The position numbers were made by a program, and so were the translations under genes. The notes under the pieces were generated by a model. That model searched no databases. It was not told the DNA's origin and saw only the letters and a program-made list of their open reading frames with translations. Positions 46,854 to 56,533 of a stretch of DNA of 64,000 bases are shown one piece after another (within the stretch, counting starts at the first letter, position 1; every line of letters begins with the position of its first letter). The stretch is from Treponemataceae bacterium (GTDB lineage: Bacteria; Spirochaetota; Spirochaetia; Treponematales; Rectinemataceae), in NCBI GenBank assembly GCA_963677895.2, contig CAXXGJ010000025.1:32001-96000 (forward strand), written 5' to 3'.

Positions 46854-47126
46854 ATGGATCCCGAGATCAGAAAGAGAGTGGACGCGGTTCTCGCGAGGGT
46901 AAAAGAGCCGCAGTCCGACCTGCCCATCGTCGATTTAGGGCTGGTGTACAATGTCCGCTACAGTGAAAAGGAAAAAAGCATAGAACTGACACTCGCCATT
47001 GGGTATGCGGCGGGACACTGTCCAGCTTGCGTGGCTATTAATGGGGTCGTGGGCGCGGGGATAGCGCGCCGAGCCCTAGAGGAATTCCAGAAAGAATTCC
47101 CGGGATTTTCCATCGTAGTCGACTAA
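46854..47126 (+). CDS. DUF59/MIP18-like metal-sulfur cluster assembly protein
   Basis: LARVKEPQSDLPIVDLGLVYNV and HCPAC; AGGAGG RBS. Confidence 0.78.
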   Translation: MDPEIRKRVDAVLARVKEPQSDLPIVDLGLVYNVRYSEKEKSIELTLAIGYAAGHCPACVAINGVVGAGIARRALEEFQKEFPGFSIVVD

Positions 47127-47267
47127 AAACCCAAGCCTGCACGCGAAAATGCCGCCTTTAAGTTTTTATAATGCGGCGGCTTTTTTTCTGCAACCAAGCG
47201 GAACCCCCGGGAGTATCCCTCTGAGTCAAGACAAGTCAATTTTGTCAGCCTCGCTTCGGAGGGAACC

Positions 47268-47441
47268 GTGTCCTGGGCTATCATGTATATTCTCGCGGCC
47301 ATCCTCGTCATTTCCCTCACCATCGCATGGACAAGGCTGTGGAAAAGCGCGAGGAATGCTCGTTTCGATCAGAGGATTCGCGTAGGCCATCAATGGAAAA
47401 CCTTCGAGGAGTTCCGGAAGCAGCATGAGGCGGAAAAATAG
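47268..47441 (+). CDS. Small single-TM hypothetical protein (57 aa, below the ORF-track cutoff)
   Basis: GGAGG RBS then GTG; (M)SWAIMYILAAILVISLTIAWTRLWKSARNARFDQRIRVGHQWKTFEEFRKQHEAEK*. Confidence 0.55.
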   Translation: MSWAIMYILAAILVISLTIAWTRLWKSARNARFDQRIRVGHQWKTFEEFRKQHEAEK

Positions 47442-47488
47442 TCAGCATTCTTCATTAAATATACTATAGTATTAATAAGGAGTATCAC

Positions 47489-47653
47489 ATGAAACTTCGT
47501 ACCAGAATCTTCGGAATCGTGGCGCTTGTATTCTTCGCCACCTCCGTCGCTTCCTGCGCCTTTCTCGAGAAGAAAAAGATTCTGCCACCCGGACAGGCCA
47601 AAAAGCTGACCGGACAGCAGAGCGCCGCCCCCCTCGCTCCTGGGAAAAAATAA
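47489..47653 (+). CDS. Small lipoprotein with PPGQAKK motif (54 aa, below the ORF-track cutoff)
   Basis: TAAGGAG RBS; MKLRTRIFGIVALVFFATSVAS-C lipobox; mature part CAFLEKKKILPPGQAKKLTGQQSAAPLAPGKK; own terminator. Confidence 0.75.
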   Translation: MKLRTRIFGIVALVFFATSVASCAFLEKKKILPPGQAKKLTGQQSAAPLAPGKK

Positions 47654-47675
47654 GCTTTCCAGATCAATTTTGCTG

Positions 47676-47720
47676 AAAAAGCCATTCTATCGGCATCAGG
47701 CCGGGGGAATGGCTTTTTTT
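47676..47720. terminator. Intrinsic terminator after the small lipoprotein gene
   Basis: AAAAAGCCATTC...GAATGGCTTTTTTT. Confidence 0.75.
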
Positions 47721-47799
47721 ACGGCCCAGTTCAAATAATTCCGATTCTTCATTGACAGCCAGTTAAGACTGTGGGAATATATGCTCATTATTTTGTATT

Positions 47800-47819
47800 T
47801 ATGGTAAATTTCTACCATA
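47800..47819. promoter_or_regulatory. Inverted-repeat operator upstream of the opp operon (candidate RpiR site)
   Basis: TATGGTA-aatttc-TACCATA, downstream of a TTGACA at 47752. Confidence 0.5.
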
Positions 47820-47868
47820 TATTTCCAGTTTAGTCATCTTCACTGCGGCGGTTCAGGAGGAAACGGCA

Positions 47869-48807
47869 TTGCTGAAATATGTAATTTATCGTATCGGCAG
47901 CATGTTCGCGACACTCTTCATCATCATCACCATCACATTCTTCCTGATGCACGCCGTTCCCGGCGGCCCTTACGATTTCGAAGGCCAAGATCTCCAGGAG
48001 GAGGTCGTCGTCATCCTCCAGGAAAAATACCATCTCAACGACCCGATCCTGAAACAGTACTTGGATTACCTGAAAGGCGTGGTGACTTTCGATCTGGGAC
48101 CTTCTTTCTATTACTCCGGACGATCCGTCACCGAAGTGATAGCGCAAGGGTTCCCCGTCACGGCCAAACTCTCGCTGCTCTCTCTCCTGATAGTCTTCGT
48201 GATGAGCGTACCGATGGGCGTCACCGCGGCTATGCACAGGAACAAGGCGGCCGACCGCATCATCATGTTCGTGGCCACCCTTGGCCGCACTATCCCCGCC
48301 TTCGTGCTCGGGACTTTATTCATCTATTTCCTTTCCTATAAGCTCAGATTGTTTCCTATTTACGGGATAGGATCCTTCAGTCATTACATTCTTCCCGCCA
48401 TCGCGCTCTCGCTCTCTTCCATATCCCATCTCACCCGTCTCAACCGGGCATCGATGCTGGATGTCATCCACCAGGACTATATCCGCACGGCTTGGGCCAA
48501 GGGACTTCCCGAATACAAGATTGTGTATAAGCACGCGCTCAAGAACGCGTCGATCCCGATGGCCACCGTCCTGGGCGCCAGAATCGCCGCGCTGCTCACG
48601 GGCTCATTCGTGATCGAACAGATGTTCGCGATGCCCGGCATCGGTCGATATTTCGTCCAGGCAATAAACAACCGCGATTACCCGATGATCATGGGCGTGA
48701 CGATTTACTTCTCGCTGATTCTGCTTGTGTGCATGCTTTTAGTCGATATCGTCTATGGATGGCTCGATCCGAGGGCCGTCGTCTATGGCAAGCGAGGGGG
48801 GAAATAA
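47869..48807 (+). CDS. oppB: Oligopeptide ABC transporter permease
   Basis: TTG start after AGGAGG; MHAVPGGP, FDLGPSF, DYIRTAWAKGL, NRDYPMIMG. Confidence 0.9.
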   Translation: MLKYVIYRIGSMFATLFIIITITFFLMHAVPGGPYDFEGQDLQEEVVVILQEKYHLNDPILKQYLDYLKGVVTFDLGPSFYYSGRSVTEVIAQGFPVTAKLSLLSLLIVFVMSVPMGVTAAMHRNKAADRIIMFVATLGRTIPAFVLGTLFIYFLSYKLRLFPIYGIGSFSHYILPAIALSLSSISHLTRLNRASMLDVIHQDYIRTAWAKGLPEYKIVYKHALKNASIPMATVLGARIAALLTGSFVIEQMFAMPGIGRYFVQAINNRDYPMIMGVTIYFSLILLVCMLLVDIVYGWLDPRAVVYGKRGGK

Positions 48808-48808
48808 A

Positions 48809-49981
48809 ATGGCTGCATTGGATTTTGCCCCCGGCGACTGGCTGCCGGATGAAACACCCGCCGCCGACCGCGAAGGTCTGGACGTCAAGAAATCGCTCTC
48901 CTATTGGGAAGATGTATGGAGGCGTTTCAGGCAGAACAAAATGTCCCTTGTGGGACTAGTTCTCCTCGTCATCCTCATCCTGACCGCCGTCTTTGGCCCA
49001 TCGCTCACGAGGCTGTCGGATTCTGACCAGAACCTTGACTACATTCACATTCCGCCCGTCATGAACCTCTATTCCTTCGAAGAACGCTATTTTATCTATC
49101 TGTCGCCCGCCATGCAGCTCTATGAAGTCTCGGTCGACGGGAAAATGCTGGGACCAATCCAGCAGACCGAAGACGACATATTCTCGAAGCGCAGGATGTA
49201 CGATCTCCATGGCGAGACGATCCTTGTTGATTACCGGAAAAAACCGGTGACGCTCTCCGGCGAATCAGGCGCGAGACTGACCATCGGCAGGAAAAATGTA
49301 TGGAACAAGAAGTACTGGTTCGGAACTGACGCTGTCGGCAGAGACCTTTTTGTGCGCATCGTCTATGGAGCCCGAATTTCGATGATCATCGGCTTTGTCG
49401 CCTCCCTTATGAACCTGACGCTCGGCGTGCTCTACGGCGGGATTTCAGGATATATGGGCGGCATGATCGACAATACGATGATGCGCATCGTCGATATTCT
49501 CAAATCGATCCCCAGACTGCTCTACGTCATACTGCTTATGGTGGTTTTTGGCTCCGGCCTGCTGACCGTCGTGATAGTCATCGGTCTCGTGGATTGGCTT
49601 GGCATGGCGAGAATCGTGCGCGGCCAGGTGCTTTCCATCAAGCATCAGGAATATGTGCTGGCCGCCCGAGCCCTAGGCGCGAATTCGAAACGAATTCTTC
49701 TCAGGCATCTTATACCCAACGCCATGGGACCCATCATCGTTCAGACGACGATGAACATCCCGGCGGCCATTTTTACCGAGGCTTTCCTGAGTTTTGTGGG
49801 CCTCGGCGTCTCGGCTCCCCAGGCTTCCTGGGGAACGCTCGCGAACAACGCGCTCTCCGGCTTCATGAGCTATCCATATGAGATGTTTTTCCCTGCCATG
49901 GCCATTTGCCTCACTGTCCTGGCCTTTAATTTCGTAGGCGACGGCCTGCGCGACGCCATCGACCCGAGACTCAGAAACTGA
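48809..49981 (+). CDS. oppC: Oligopeptide ABC transporter permease
   Basis: WRRFRQNK, FGTDAVGRDLF, EYVLAARALGA, GDGLRDAIDPR. Confidence 0.9.
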   Translation: MAALDFAPGDWLPDETPAADREGLDVKKSLSYWEDVWRRFRQNKMSLVGLVLLVILILTAVFGPSLTRLSDSDQNLDYIHIPPVMNLYSFEERYFIYLSPAMQLYEVSVDGKMLGPIQQTEDDIFSKRRMYDLHGETILVDYRKKPVTLSGESGARLTIGRKNVWNKKYWFGTDAVGRDLFVRIVYGARISMIIGFVASLMNLTLGVLYGGISGYMGGMIDNTMMRIVDILKSIPRLLYVILLMVVFGSGLLTVVIVIGLVDWLGMARIVRGQVLSIKHQEYVLAARALGANSKRILLRHLIPNAMGPIIVQTTMNIPAAIFTEAFLSFVGLGVSAPQASWGTLANNALSGFMSYPYEMFFPAMAICLTVLAFNFVGDGLRDAIDPRLRN

Positions 49982-49997
49982 TCGAAGGAAGGATGCG

Positions 49998-51056
49998 ATG
50001 AGCGATATTATTCTGGAAGTCAGTCATCTCAGGACCTCGTTTTTCACCCACTTGGGAGAAGTGCAGGCGGTAAGGGACGTGAGCTTCGACGTGAAACGCG
50101 GCGAGGCTTTGGGAATAGTTGGCGAATCGGGCTGCGGCAAGAGCGTGACTATGCTGTCGGTCATGAAGCTCGTGCAGGAGCCGGGGAAAATACTGGGCGG
50201 TGCCATTTCTTTCAAAGGCAAAGACCTCCTCGCCAAAAGCAAAGCGGAAATGCGTTCCATTCGCGGTAATGAAATTTCCATGATTTTCCAAGACCCCCTG
50301 ACTTCCCTCAATCCCGTCTTCAGCATAGGGAACCAACTCATGGAATCGATCCTCTCACACAATAGGATGCCAAGAAACGAAGCCAGGAAAAAAGCCGTGG
50401 ATCTCCTTAAGCTCGTCGAGATACCATCCCCCGAAGAAAGACTGCGCCAATATCCCTACGAGATGAGCGGAGGAATGCGGCAGCGCGTGATGATCGCCAT
50501 GGCTCTTGCGGGAGAACCCGACCTTCTTATCGCCGACGAGCCTACGACGGCCTTGGACGTCACGATCCAGGCACAGATACTCGGGCTTATGAAGGGGCTC
50601 ATGAGCCGCCTAAACACGGCCATCGTCATCATTACCCACGATCTGGGCGTCGTGGCCGACTTCTGCGAAAGGATTATCGTCATGTACGGCGGGCAAATCG
50701 TGGAATCGGGGAACAAACGCCAAATTTTCTACAATCCCCTGCATCCCTACACCGTCGGCCTTCTTGGCGCCGTGCCTGGTCCCGATATGCGCAAGGAAGA
50801 AGTACGGCTCGCCACGATACCGGGTTCCCCCCCCGACCTTGTCGAACCGCCTAAAGGCTGCCCTTTCTACAGCCGATGCCTGGTGGCCATGAAGGTCTGC
50901 GGCAAGCGCTGCCCTTCGATCGAAAGCGTCGGGGATGGGCAGGAAGTGCGCTGCTGGCACTACAGCAAGGATAATCCTGGGCAAATCCCGGCTGTCCTCC
51001 AGAACTCCGCTGTCCGGTTGCGGTCTGGCGGCCAAACTCAAGGTGGCGGCAGATGA
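49998..51056 (+). CDS. oppD: Oligopeptide ABC transporter ATP-binding protein
   Basis: [38 protein letters not shown]. Confidence 0.9.
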   Translation: MSDIILEVSHLRTSFFTHLGEVQAVRDVSFDVKRGEALGIVGESGCGKSVTMLSVMKLVQEPGKILGGAISFKGKDLLAKSKAEMRSIRGNEISMIFQDPLTSLNPVFSIGNQLMESILSHNRMPRNEARKKAVDLLKLVEIPSPEERLRQYPYEMSGGMRQRVMIAMALAGEPDLLIADEPTTALDVTIQAQILGLMKGLMSRLNTAIVIITHDLGVVADFCERIIVMYGGQIVESGNKRQIFYNPLHPYTVGLLGAVPGPDMRKEEVRLATIPGSPPDLVEPPKGCPFYSRCLVAMKVCGKRCPSIESVGDGQEVRCWHYSKDNPGQIPAVLQNSAVRLRSGGQTQGGGR

Positions 51057-52030
51057 ACGATACTCCACTCCTCGAAGTGCGGCATCTGAAGAAGTATTTC
51101 GAACAGCGATCATCCCTGTTCTCAAAACCGCGCTATCTCCATGCCGTGGACGATGTCAGTTTTTCGATCATGGAAGGGGAAACCCTCGGTATCGTGGGCG
51201 AATCGGGCTGCGGAAAATCCACGACCGGCTACACGATAGCGCGGCTTCACGATCCCACTGCCGGAGAGATTATCTTCAACGGAAAAGACATCGCCAGGCT
51301 GGACGAAAAAGCCCTGCATCCTGTGCGACGTGAGCTTCAGGTCATTTTCCAGGATCCCTTTTCCTCCCTCAACCCGCGCATGACCGTGTCGGAAATCGTG
51401 GCCGAACCCCTCGCCATCCATGCCGTCTGCGCCAAAGCCGAAGCAAGGGAAAAAGTCTACGATCTCCTGGATCTTGTCGGCCTGAAACATGAGCACGCGA
51501 GCAGGTATCCCCATGAATTCTCGGGCGGCCAACGTCAGCGCATCGGCATCGCCCGCGCCCTCGCGCTTCGCCCGAAGCTGATGATCTGCGACGAACCGAT
51601 CTCCGCGCTGGATGTATCCATCCAGGCGCAGATCGTCAATCTCCTCCAGGATCTGCAAAGCCGGTTCAGACTTACCTACATCTTCATCGCGCACAACCTG
51701 TCCATGGTCAAATATATTTCGGACAGGATCTGCGTCATGTATCTCGGGAAAATCGTAGAAATGGCGGGAAGCGCCGACCTTTACTCGAATGCCCTGCATC
51801 CATATACGCAGGCTCTACTGTCAGCCATCCCGATAGCCGATCCGGACCGTTCTGCGGCAAGACGGCGCATCATATTGGAAGGGGGCGTACCCAGCCCGAT
51901 CGATCCGCCTCCCGGATGCCGGTTCAGGGAACGCTGCCGCTACGCGATGCCGCGCTGCGAAAAGGAAGATCCAAATCTTGCAGAAATCGGCGACGGACAC
52001 TTTGTATCCTGCCATCTTCATTCAAGGTGA
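51053..52030 (+). CDS. oppF: Oligopeptide ABC transporter ATP-binding protein
   Basis: [36 protein letters not shown]. Confidence 0.9.
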   Translation: MNDTPLLEVRHLKKYFEQRSSLFSKPRYLHAVDDVSFSIMEGETLGIVGESGCGKSTTGYTIARLHDPTAGEIIFNGKDIARLDEKALHPVRRELQVIFQDPFSSLNPRMTVSEIVAEPLAIHAVCAKAEAREKVYDLLDLVGLKHEHASRYPHEFSGGQRQRIGIARALALRPKLMICDEPISALDVSIQAQIVNLLQDLQSRFRLTYIFIAHNLSMVKYISDRICVMYLGKIVEMAGSADLYSNALHPYTQALLSAIPIADPDRSAARRRIILEGGVPSPIDPPPGCRFRERCRYAMPRCEKEDPNLAEIGDGHFVSCHLHSR

Positions 52031-52085
52031 ACCAGCGACCCGGCCTCGATGCCGGAGTCGGAACATTATAGCAAGGGGGCTATCG

Positions 52086-53714
52086 ATGAAACACTTCGCC
52101 AGTCACATCGCAAAGCTGATGATCGCTTTCACGATCATGGCGGCCTTTTCAATGCCACAGGAGGCGTTTGCCGCGCCCGCTTCAGGCAAGAAAATCTTCA
52201 CCTACTCGATTCACTACGATCCTCCAACCATCGATCCGCAGAAGAATTTCGCCCAACGCGCCGAGCTGATCGCACTCAATCTCCACGAAGGCCTCGTCAC
52301 CACCGACGAGACCATGACCCCCGTACCGGGGGTGGCCGAACGTTGGGAGATTTCCAAGGATGGCCTTGTCTATACCTTCTACCTGAGGAAAAACGCCAAA
52401 TGGCAGGACGGAAAAAGCGTCGTGGCCGACGATTTCTATTATGCGTGGCAGAGGGCGATTCAGCCCAAGACGGACAGCAAACACGTGAATCTGGTGTTCT
52501 TCATCAAGAACGCCGAGGAAATTTTCAAGGGCAAGAAACAACCATCCGAGCTTGGCGTAAAAGTAATCAACGACAATACGATCCAGGTGACCCTCTCCTC
52601 CCCGATCCCCTACATGCTCCAGACCTTCGCGCACGGCGTCTTCTTCCCCATGCGCAAAGACGTCGTCGAAGCCAATCCCGATTCCTGGGCGCAGAAGCCC
52701 TCCACAAGCATGGGAAACGGACCCTTCTATCTTAAAGAATACTCGATGAACCAGCGCATAATTCTCGCGAAGAACGAATATTACTGGAATAAAAACAAGG
52801 TAAAGGTCGATGAAATCCATTTCGTGACCATCCCCGACAACAGTACTACACTGGCGGCCTTCAACGCCGGGGAAATCGATGGCTTCGACAACATTCCGGC
52901 ATCGGAAATCCCCCGCCTCATGATGGAAACGGACGAGATCAAGGTCGAGCCCCAGGTACGCACCCTATATTACGCCTATAACGTAAAGGCCGAACCGTTC
53001 ACCGACAGAAGAGTCCGCCAAGCCCTGAGCCTCGCCATCAACAAGAAGGAACTGGCGGAGAATGTGATGAAAGTAGGCAGAAAGGGCGCCACAGGTTATG
53101 TGCCGACCGGACTCTATGCCGAAGGAGAGGATTTCCGCAAAGCGGGCGGAGACTTGGGTATCACCGTCACGGGCGATGTCCCAAAAGCCCGAAAACTCCT
53201 CGCCGAAGCAGGTTATCCTGAAGGTAAAGGATGGCCGGCCGACGTCAAGATTACCATGTCCTCGGGATATCGATCGGCGATGGAGGCCATCCAGGAAATG
53301 TGGAAGAAAAACCTCGGCATCAGCGTGAAGATCGAGACGGTCGAGAGCAAGGTACTAGCCGATCGCCGCACTACGGGAAAATTCCAGATCAGCGTAGGCG
53401 GATGGAGCGCCCAGATATTCCACCCAATTTACTTCCTCGAGCAGATCACCTCTGACGGCGGATCCAACTATCCACAATACAACAATCCCGAATACGATAA
53501 GCTCATCGAACAAAGCAAGATGGAGCCCGATCCCAAGAAAGTGCTCGAGATTCTCCATAAAGCCGAACAACTGGGCTTCGGCACGGATTTCGCACTCGTC
53601 CCGCTCTATTATGAAACCAACTATGTCATGATCAAAAACGGGGTAACCGGCTGGTACACCGATCCGATCGGCCGTGTCCATATCAAGTATGTCGACGTTT
53701 CGGGAAAAAAATGA
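52086..53714 (+). CDS. oppA: Oligopeptide ABC transporter substrate-binding protein
   Basis: Signal peptide; PGVAERWEISKDGLVYTFYLR, GNGPFYL, VRQALSLAI. Confidence 0.9.
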   Translation: MKHFASHIAKLMIAFTIMAAFSMPQEAFAAPASGKKIFTYSIHYDPPTIDPQKNFAQRAELIALNLHEGLVTTDETMTPVPGVAERWEISKDGLVYTFYLRKNAKWQDGKSVVADDFYYAWQRAIQPKTDSKHVNLVFFIKNAEEIFKGKKQPSELGVKVINDNTIQVTLSSPIPYMLQTFAHGVFFPMRKDVVEANPDSWAQKPSTSMGNGPFYLKEYSMNQRIILAKNEYYWNKNKVKVDEIHFVTIPDNSTTLAAFNAGEIDGFDNIPASEIPRLMMETDEIKVEPQVRTLYYAYNVKAEPFTDRRVRQALSLAINKKELAENVMKVGRKGATGYVPTGLYAEGEDFRKAGGDLGITVTGDVPKARKLLAEAGYPEGKGWPADVKITMSSGYRSAMEAIQEMWKKNLGISVKIETVESKVLADRRTTGKFQISVGGWSAQIFHPIYFLEQITSDGGSNYPQYNNPEYDKLIEQSKMEPDPKKVLEILHKAEQLGFGTDFALVPLYYETNYVMIKNGVTGWYTDPIGRVHIKYVDVSGKK

Positions 53715-53721
53715 GTGAATA

Positions 53722-53747
53722 CCGGGTCCCGCGGAAACGGGACCCGG
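53722..53747 (+). terminator. Hairpin downstream of oppA (stabiliser or weak terminator)
   Basis: CCGGGTCCCG-cggaaa-CGGGACCCGG with little U-tract. Confidence 0.5.
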
Positions 53748-53784
53748 CTTCCGCTGAAAAACCGAAGGGAAAGGGGTAGGCAAG

Positions 53785-54729
53785 ATGGGCGACGAAACGC
53801 TGCTTCAGAGAATTCGCGGCCTCGACACGTTGACGAAGAGTGAATCCAAGATCGCATCACTTCTCGAGCGGGAGTATCGCTACCTCGCCTTCGAAACCAT
53901 CCAAACGCTGAGCGCGAAGGCGGGCGTCGGCATGGCTACGGTTGGCCGCTTCATAAACAGACTGGGCTACGATAGTTTTTCGACATTCATGGACGGCGTC
54001 AAGAAGGAGCTTTTTGCCCGTCTGGACACGCCCATCGAACAGTACGCTGTACGGAAAAAAGCCGGCGGCGAGATCGATGTCGATCCGCTGACTCGTCAGA
54101 TCGAATACAGCATCCGGAATCTGAAGGAAATGCAAGCCCGCATTTCGCGCGACGACATCGACAGGGCGGCGCGACTCATCGCTGAATCGAAGGGAACGCT
54201 TTACATCATGGGCGCCGCGACATCTCAAGGTCTGGCATACTTTTTTCACATGCTCGCCATGTACATAAAGGGAAGCGTGGTGCTTCTCGACGCCAATCCC
54301 TCATTGCTCGCGCACAGGCTCATCGATGTTTCGGAAAATGATCTACTGGTGGCCATAACCCACCATCGCTTTTCGGCCCAAACGATGGATGCCGCCCGAT
54401 GGTTCAACGGAAGGGGCGGAAATATCATCCTCGTCTCGGACCGCGAATTCACTCCTATTTCGGATATCGCCACGATACAGCTTGTAGCCTGTTCGGAGAG
54501 CCCCGCGATGTTCAACAGCCGATGCGGCACCCTTGTCATTCTGGAGACTCTCATCGCGGCGACAATTCCTCTCATGGAAAAACAGGTATACGAACGATTC
54601 GCCTCGTTCGAGGAGCTGAGGGCGCAGTTCGGAGCCTTCGCCTCGCCCGGAGTGGCGAAACCGAAGCCTGCGTCGAAGCACGAGGGCGCTGAAGATGTAT
54701 CCCGAACGGGAAGTCAGGAGAAATCATGA
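53785..54729 (+). CDS. MurR/RpiR-family transcriptional regulator (HTH + SIS)
   Basis: LTKSESKIA, AGVGMATVGRFINRLGY HTH; SIS-like C-terminal domain. Confidence 0.88.
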   Translation: MGDETLLQRIRGLDTLTKSESKIASLLEREYRYLAFETIQTLSAKAGVGMATVGRFINRLGYDSFSTFMDGVKKELFARLDTPIEQYAVRKKAGGEIDVDPLTRQIEYSIRNLKEMQARISRDDIDRAARLIAESKGTLYIMGAATSQGLAYFFHMLAMYIKGSVVLLDANPSLLAHRLIDVSENDLLVAITHHRFSAQTMDAARWFNGRGGNIILVSDREFTPISDIATIQLVACSESPAMFNSRCGTLVILETLIAATIPLMEKQVYERFASFEELRAQFGAFASPGVAKPKPASKHEGAEDVSRTGSQEKS

Positions 54730-55574
54730 GCCAACATCGTGAAAGCGGCGCCCATCCTCGTCCGGAAAGGACGGCGGCCGAGTTTCCCGAACTCAGAACG
54801 ATTGTTCTTAGCCATGGCCGGCTGAGTTATCGCGAATACGGCTCCGGCGAGCCGATAGTCTTTCTCCACGGCATGAATGGCGATTCGCGAAGCTGGGCTT
54901 ACCAATTCATGGAACTCTCCGGCAAATACAGGACCATAGCCTGGGACGCTCCCGGGTTCGGAGGTTCCGATGTCTGCGCTCCCACCTGCGCAGGCTATAC
55001 AGCGGCAGCCATGGAATTCATGGAAAAAATCGAAGCCTCCGGCGCGATCCTCGTCGGCCATTCCATGGGAGGCATAGTCGCCGCGCGCGTCGCCGCAGCC
55101 GAAGGCAATACGGTCAGAAAACTTGTCCTGAGCTGTACTCATCTGGGGTATGGACACGCTTCCGGGAGGGACCTTCTGCCGAGATACGCATCCAGGCTGG
55201 AAGAGATGAAAAATATGCCCAAAAATGAGTATGGCTGGATAAGGGCTTCCAAAATGGTTCCACCCGATACCCATCCCGATGTGCTGGGGCTTCTCGCGGA
55301 AATCAGCATGGAAGCGAGAGCCGAGGGACTCGCGGCAGCCGGGCGGATGATACAGGAAACCGATAATAGAGGCGTCGCCGCCTCGATATCGATTCCCGTG
55401 CTCATCCTCTATGCCGAACGCGACCCAGTCATCAACAGGGATACTACCATGAAACTGACAAGCGCTTTTCCCAAAGCCCAGGTGGCAATGATGCCCAGCG
55501 TAGGCCATGCCCCTTACGCGGAGGATCCCGTCGGCTACAATCGCATGCTCGACGAGTTCGCGAGCGCGCCATGA
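54726..55574 (+). CDS. Alpha/beta fold hydrolase
   Basis: VFLHG, WDAPGFGGS, GHSMG nucleophile elbow, ERD, GHAPY. Confidence 0.88.
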   Translation: MSQHRESGAHPRPERTAAEFPELRTIVLSHGRLSYREYGSGEPIVFLHGMNGDSRSWAYQFMELSGKYRTIAWDAPGFGGSDVCAPTCAGYTAAAMEFMEKIEASGAILVGHSMGGIVAARVAAAEGNTVRKLVLSCTHLGYGHASGRDLLPRYASRLEEMKNMPKNEYGWIRASKMVPPDTHPDVLGLLAEISMEARAEGLAAAGRMIQETDNRGVAASISIPVLILYAERDPVINRDTTMKLTSAFPKAQVAMMPSVGHAPYAEDPVGYNRMLDEFASAP

Positions 55575-56533
55575 GGAGGCTTTGGCTCATTATGTCCATA
55601 ATCAACATGGCGGTGTCCATACATGCGGCTCCGCAGTCCGGGCTCGAGACAGGAAGCGGCGAATACGACTATGCCGACCCTCCGACAGGCAAGACCGTAA
55701 GGATCTATTATTACAAACCTTCGGGATATACTCCCGACAGCCATGTTCTCATCGCCTTGCACGGCGATAATCGCACGGCTTTCGCCTATCGAATCGAATG
55801 GAAAGCCTATGCGGAGAAGCTTGGATGCATGCTTCTCGTTCCACATTTCAGCCCGGAGGAATTCCCCGGCGCCAACGGCTTTCAGTTCGGGAATGTCGTG
55901 CGGGATGGGACCGACGGGAACGCCGAAAGGCCCGCGACAAATCCAGAGGAACTCTGGGTGTTTTCGCTCATCGACAGATTGTTCGACGATTTCTCGATTC
56001 GGGAAATGACGAACCGGACGCGTTATACGATTTATGGGCACAGCGCCGGGGCGCAGTTTGTCCATCGCATGCTGCTTTTCCAGGGGAACTCACGGATCGA
56101 GTTGGCGATAGCGGCTAACGCTGGCTGGTATCTTTCGCCCGACGCGGCGATAGACTGGCCTTTCGGCTTGCGGGGACTCGACGCCATCGTGAAAAGCGAG
56201 AACATCGACAGATATCTTTCTTTCCCTCTCGTCTTGGCGTTGGGCGACGCAGATCTGCTGGACGATCACAAGCTCAATACAAGCGAAATGGCCATGCGCC
56301 AAGGACGAAACCGCTTCGAACGAGGCAATAATTATTTCGAAACCTGCCAGGAAATGGCCAGGAATCGCGAGATTCTGTTCGGCTGGAAGAGAATCATCGC
56401 GCCTGGCGTGGCGCACAGCAACGGGGGAATGGCCGGAGCGCTAGCCGATTATTACCCCGCGTTGTGGACGGCTATCGACGTGGTGAAGCCCGCTTTTCCG
56501 CCAACGGTAGGAAGATCTCTCACCGAACCCTGA
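55571..56533 (+). CDS. Secreted alpha/beta hydrolase (PHB-depolymerase / poly(aspartate) hydrolase PahZ1-like)
   Basis: Signal peptide; IALHG, YGHSAGAQFVHR, ANAGWY, QGRNRFERG, PGVAH. Confidence 0.72.
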   Translation: MRRLWLIMSIINMAVSIHAAPQSGLETGSGEYDYADPPTGKTVRIYYYKPSGYTPDSHVLIALHGDNRTAFAYRIEWKAYAEKLGCMLLVPHFSPEEFPGANGFQFGNVVRDGTDGNAERPATNPEELWVFSLIDRLFDDFSIREMTNRTRYTIYGHSAGAQFVHRMLLFQGNSRIELAIAANAGWYLSPDAAIDWPFGLRGLDAIVKSENIDRYLSFPLVLALGDADLLDDHKLNTSEMAMRQGRNRFERGNNYFETCQEMARNREILFGWKRIIAPGVAHSNGGMAGALADYYPALWTAIDVVKPAFPPTVGRSLTEP

